Program-made: the position numbers and the translations under genes
Source: Candidatus Poribacteria bacterium
GTDB taxonomy: Bacteria; Poribacteria; WGA-4E; PCPOR2b
Direction of reading: 5' to 3'
Length of the DNA: 64,000 nt
NCBI GenBank assembly: GCA_965218095.1
Contig: OZ244587.1
Coordinates: 3,808,001 to 3,872,000, forward strand
Part shown: one piece after another, positions 62,391 through 64,000 of the stretch
Position numbering within the stretch: the stretch's first letter is position 1
Layout: each line of letters opens with the position of its first letter
The notes under the pieces: model-generated
Databases searched by the model: none
Seen by the model: the letters and a program-made list of their open reading frames with translations, nothing else
What the model was told of the DNA's origin: nothing

Positions 62391-63186
62391 GGTTCTGTTG
62401 ACATTTGAGTATAAGGTTGTGGCATAATAGAAGAATGACGCCAATAACCTTACCCGATGACCAATGGAAAAAGATATACTCGTTTCTTCTAACTTGTCCC
62501 AACATCTATGTTGGCAACGAAGCGACAACACGCCGCTTTATCGAAACTGTTCTCTGGGCGACCCGTAGCGGTGCTCAATGGAGACTTCTGCCAGACACCT
62601 ATGGTAAATCGAACACCCTCTATAAGCGTTTTGCACGGTGGTGCGACAAAGGGGGCTTCACACAGATGCACCACCACTTTGCCTCTGACCCCGATATCGA
62701 GTCGCTTATTGTGGACAGTACAATCATTCGAGCGCACCCGTCTGCGGCGGGTGCCGAAAAAAAAAGGGTGGCACTGAAAACTAAGCGTTAGGTCGCTCTC
62801 GCGGGGGATTCAGTACAAAAATTCACATCACAGTTGACGGCCTGGGTAATCCCCTAAGAATACATCTGACGCCCGGTCAAAGAAACGACATAGCGGAAGC
62901 AGAAGGGTTGATACTTGGATATAAAAGCAAGTATGTGATTGGAGACAAGGGATTATGACTCCGACAATTTTATCGCTGTTATTGAGGCGAATGGAGCGAT
63001 TGCGGTGATACCGCCCAAAAGTCATCGTGTGGATCAAAGAGATTACGACAAACATCTGTACAAAGAGAGACATCGGGTTGAATGTTTCATTAACAAGATA
63101 AAATGGTATCGCCGCATCTTCTCTCGGTTCGAGAAGTTATCTATCCGTTATTTTGGATTTCTCAGCTTTGTCTCCACTCTTATATG
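62391..63186 (+). mobile_element. IS5-family element, extra frameshift, right end displaced by another IS
   Basis: Left IR GGTTCTGTTGACATTT. Near-identical to 31502..32321, with similarity ending at 63186 before the right IR. Confidence 0.9.
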
Positions 63187-64000
63187 AGGGGTGTGCATAG
63201 TAGTTCATTGGAAAACAGCCGCCATATGAGAGATATTGCGAGCAGGTAACTTCCATATGGCATTGGCAATCATAGCCACTTGCACTGATAACACCCCGAT
63301 AGCTAAACAACAGCGTACATTGAAAAACCCCTTGACCGGTAACTGCTTCTGTTGAGGAGTGGTGCCTATCACTTTAGCAATCAAGTCAAACAACGGTTCA
63401 ACCGAACTGCGACGTTTGCTTAAACAGAGACGCTGCTTGGGTTGGTTGATAAATCGATGATACGCCTTGGCAAACCGTCCCTTTGTCCATCTAAGTGCCG
63501 GGGTAATCAAAGCGACTTGTGCCTTCGCCCAACGACGGATACGGTCTGCTTGGGTATAGGCATCATCGGCAGTGAGTGTCTGCGGTGAAAGTTGTGTCAG
63601 AATCTCAGACGCTTTAGCATCTATCGCCCAACTTTCGGAGACCGACGCACGGTGCACAGTTATCAGTGTTGGGAACGCACCTTGTGTGCAGATAATGTGA
63701 AGTCCGTAGCCATAGACCCAGCCATGATAACCACTCTTGCTCCACGTGGCATCGGTGTCGAGGTTGCGTAGATGTTTAGGTACTTTTCCTGCTTTGCGGT
63801 CAGTTTGATGCCAGACGGGTCCTCGTGCCTTAAATAAACTTTTGTCGGCTACCAGATGAGCCAAGTTGAATTGTTGGGACAAGTCAGTGGCATACTGACC
63901 GATAAACAATACAAATGCCTCTATCACTTCATATAATGCCTTATAGCGACGTGCAATCGTGGTTCGATGAGGGGGCTGTTGCCACCCCAGCATTTGTAAC
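63187..64000 (-). mobile_element. DDE transposase (DDE_Tnp_1-like) element, continues beyond the window
   Basis: ORF 63205..>63993 with VADKSLFKA, DTDATWSKS.YHGWVYGYGLH, TADDAY, RRSSVEPLF. Confidence 0.8.

Overview
A bacterial chromosomal window, mostly coding on the minus strand, with heavy insertion-sequence load and many pseudogenes. The gene mix (SprA-like and PorU-like type IX secretion components, paired EutN/CcmL microcompartment vertex genes, TPR and HEAT proteins) is compatible with a Poribacteria-like lineage, but that is inference only. Housekeeping genes include tsaB, maf, hisH, argS, rsfS, yqeK, yacG and nadD. Defence-type modules sit directly inside these gene runs: a HEAT-repeat/m4C-methyltransferase fusion with a CfrBI-family endonuclease, a two-methyltransferase R-M locus, a type IIG remnant and an AAA ATPase remnant. 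A 1414-aa PP2C/pseudocyclase/STAND/TPR protein is also present. Mobile DNA comprises five IS5-family copies, two IS982, three IS701 remnants, an IS3, MITEs, an isolated IS200/IS605 right-end (omegaRNA-like) fragment, and REP and heptamer repeats, some translated in frame. A large SprA-like ORF (<1..4276, minus) is missing from the supplied ORF track because it runs off the window. No rRNA, tRNA or CRISPR array was recognised. All family assignments come from motif recognition by eye, not from database searches.
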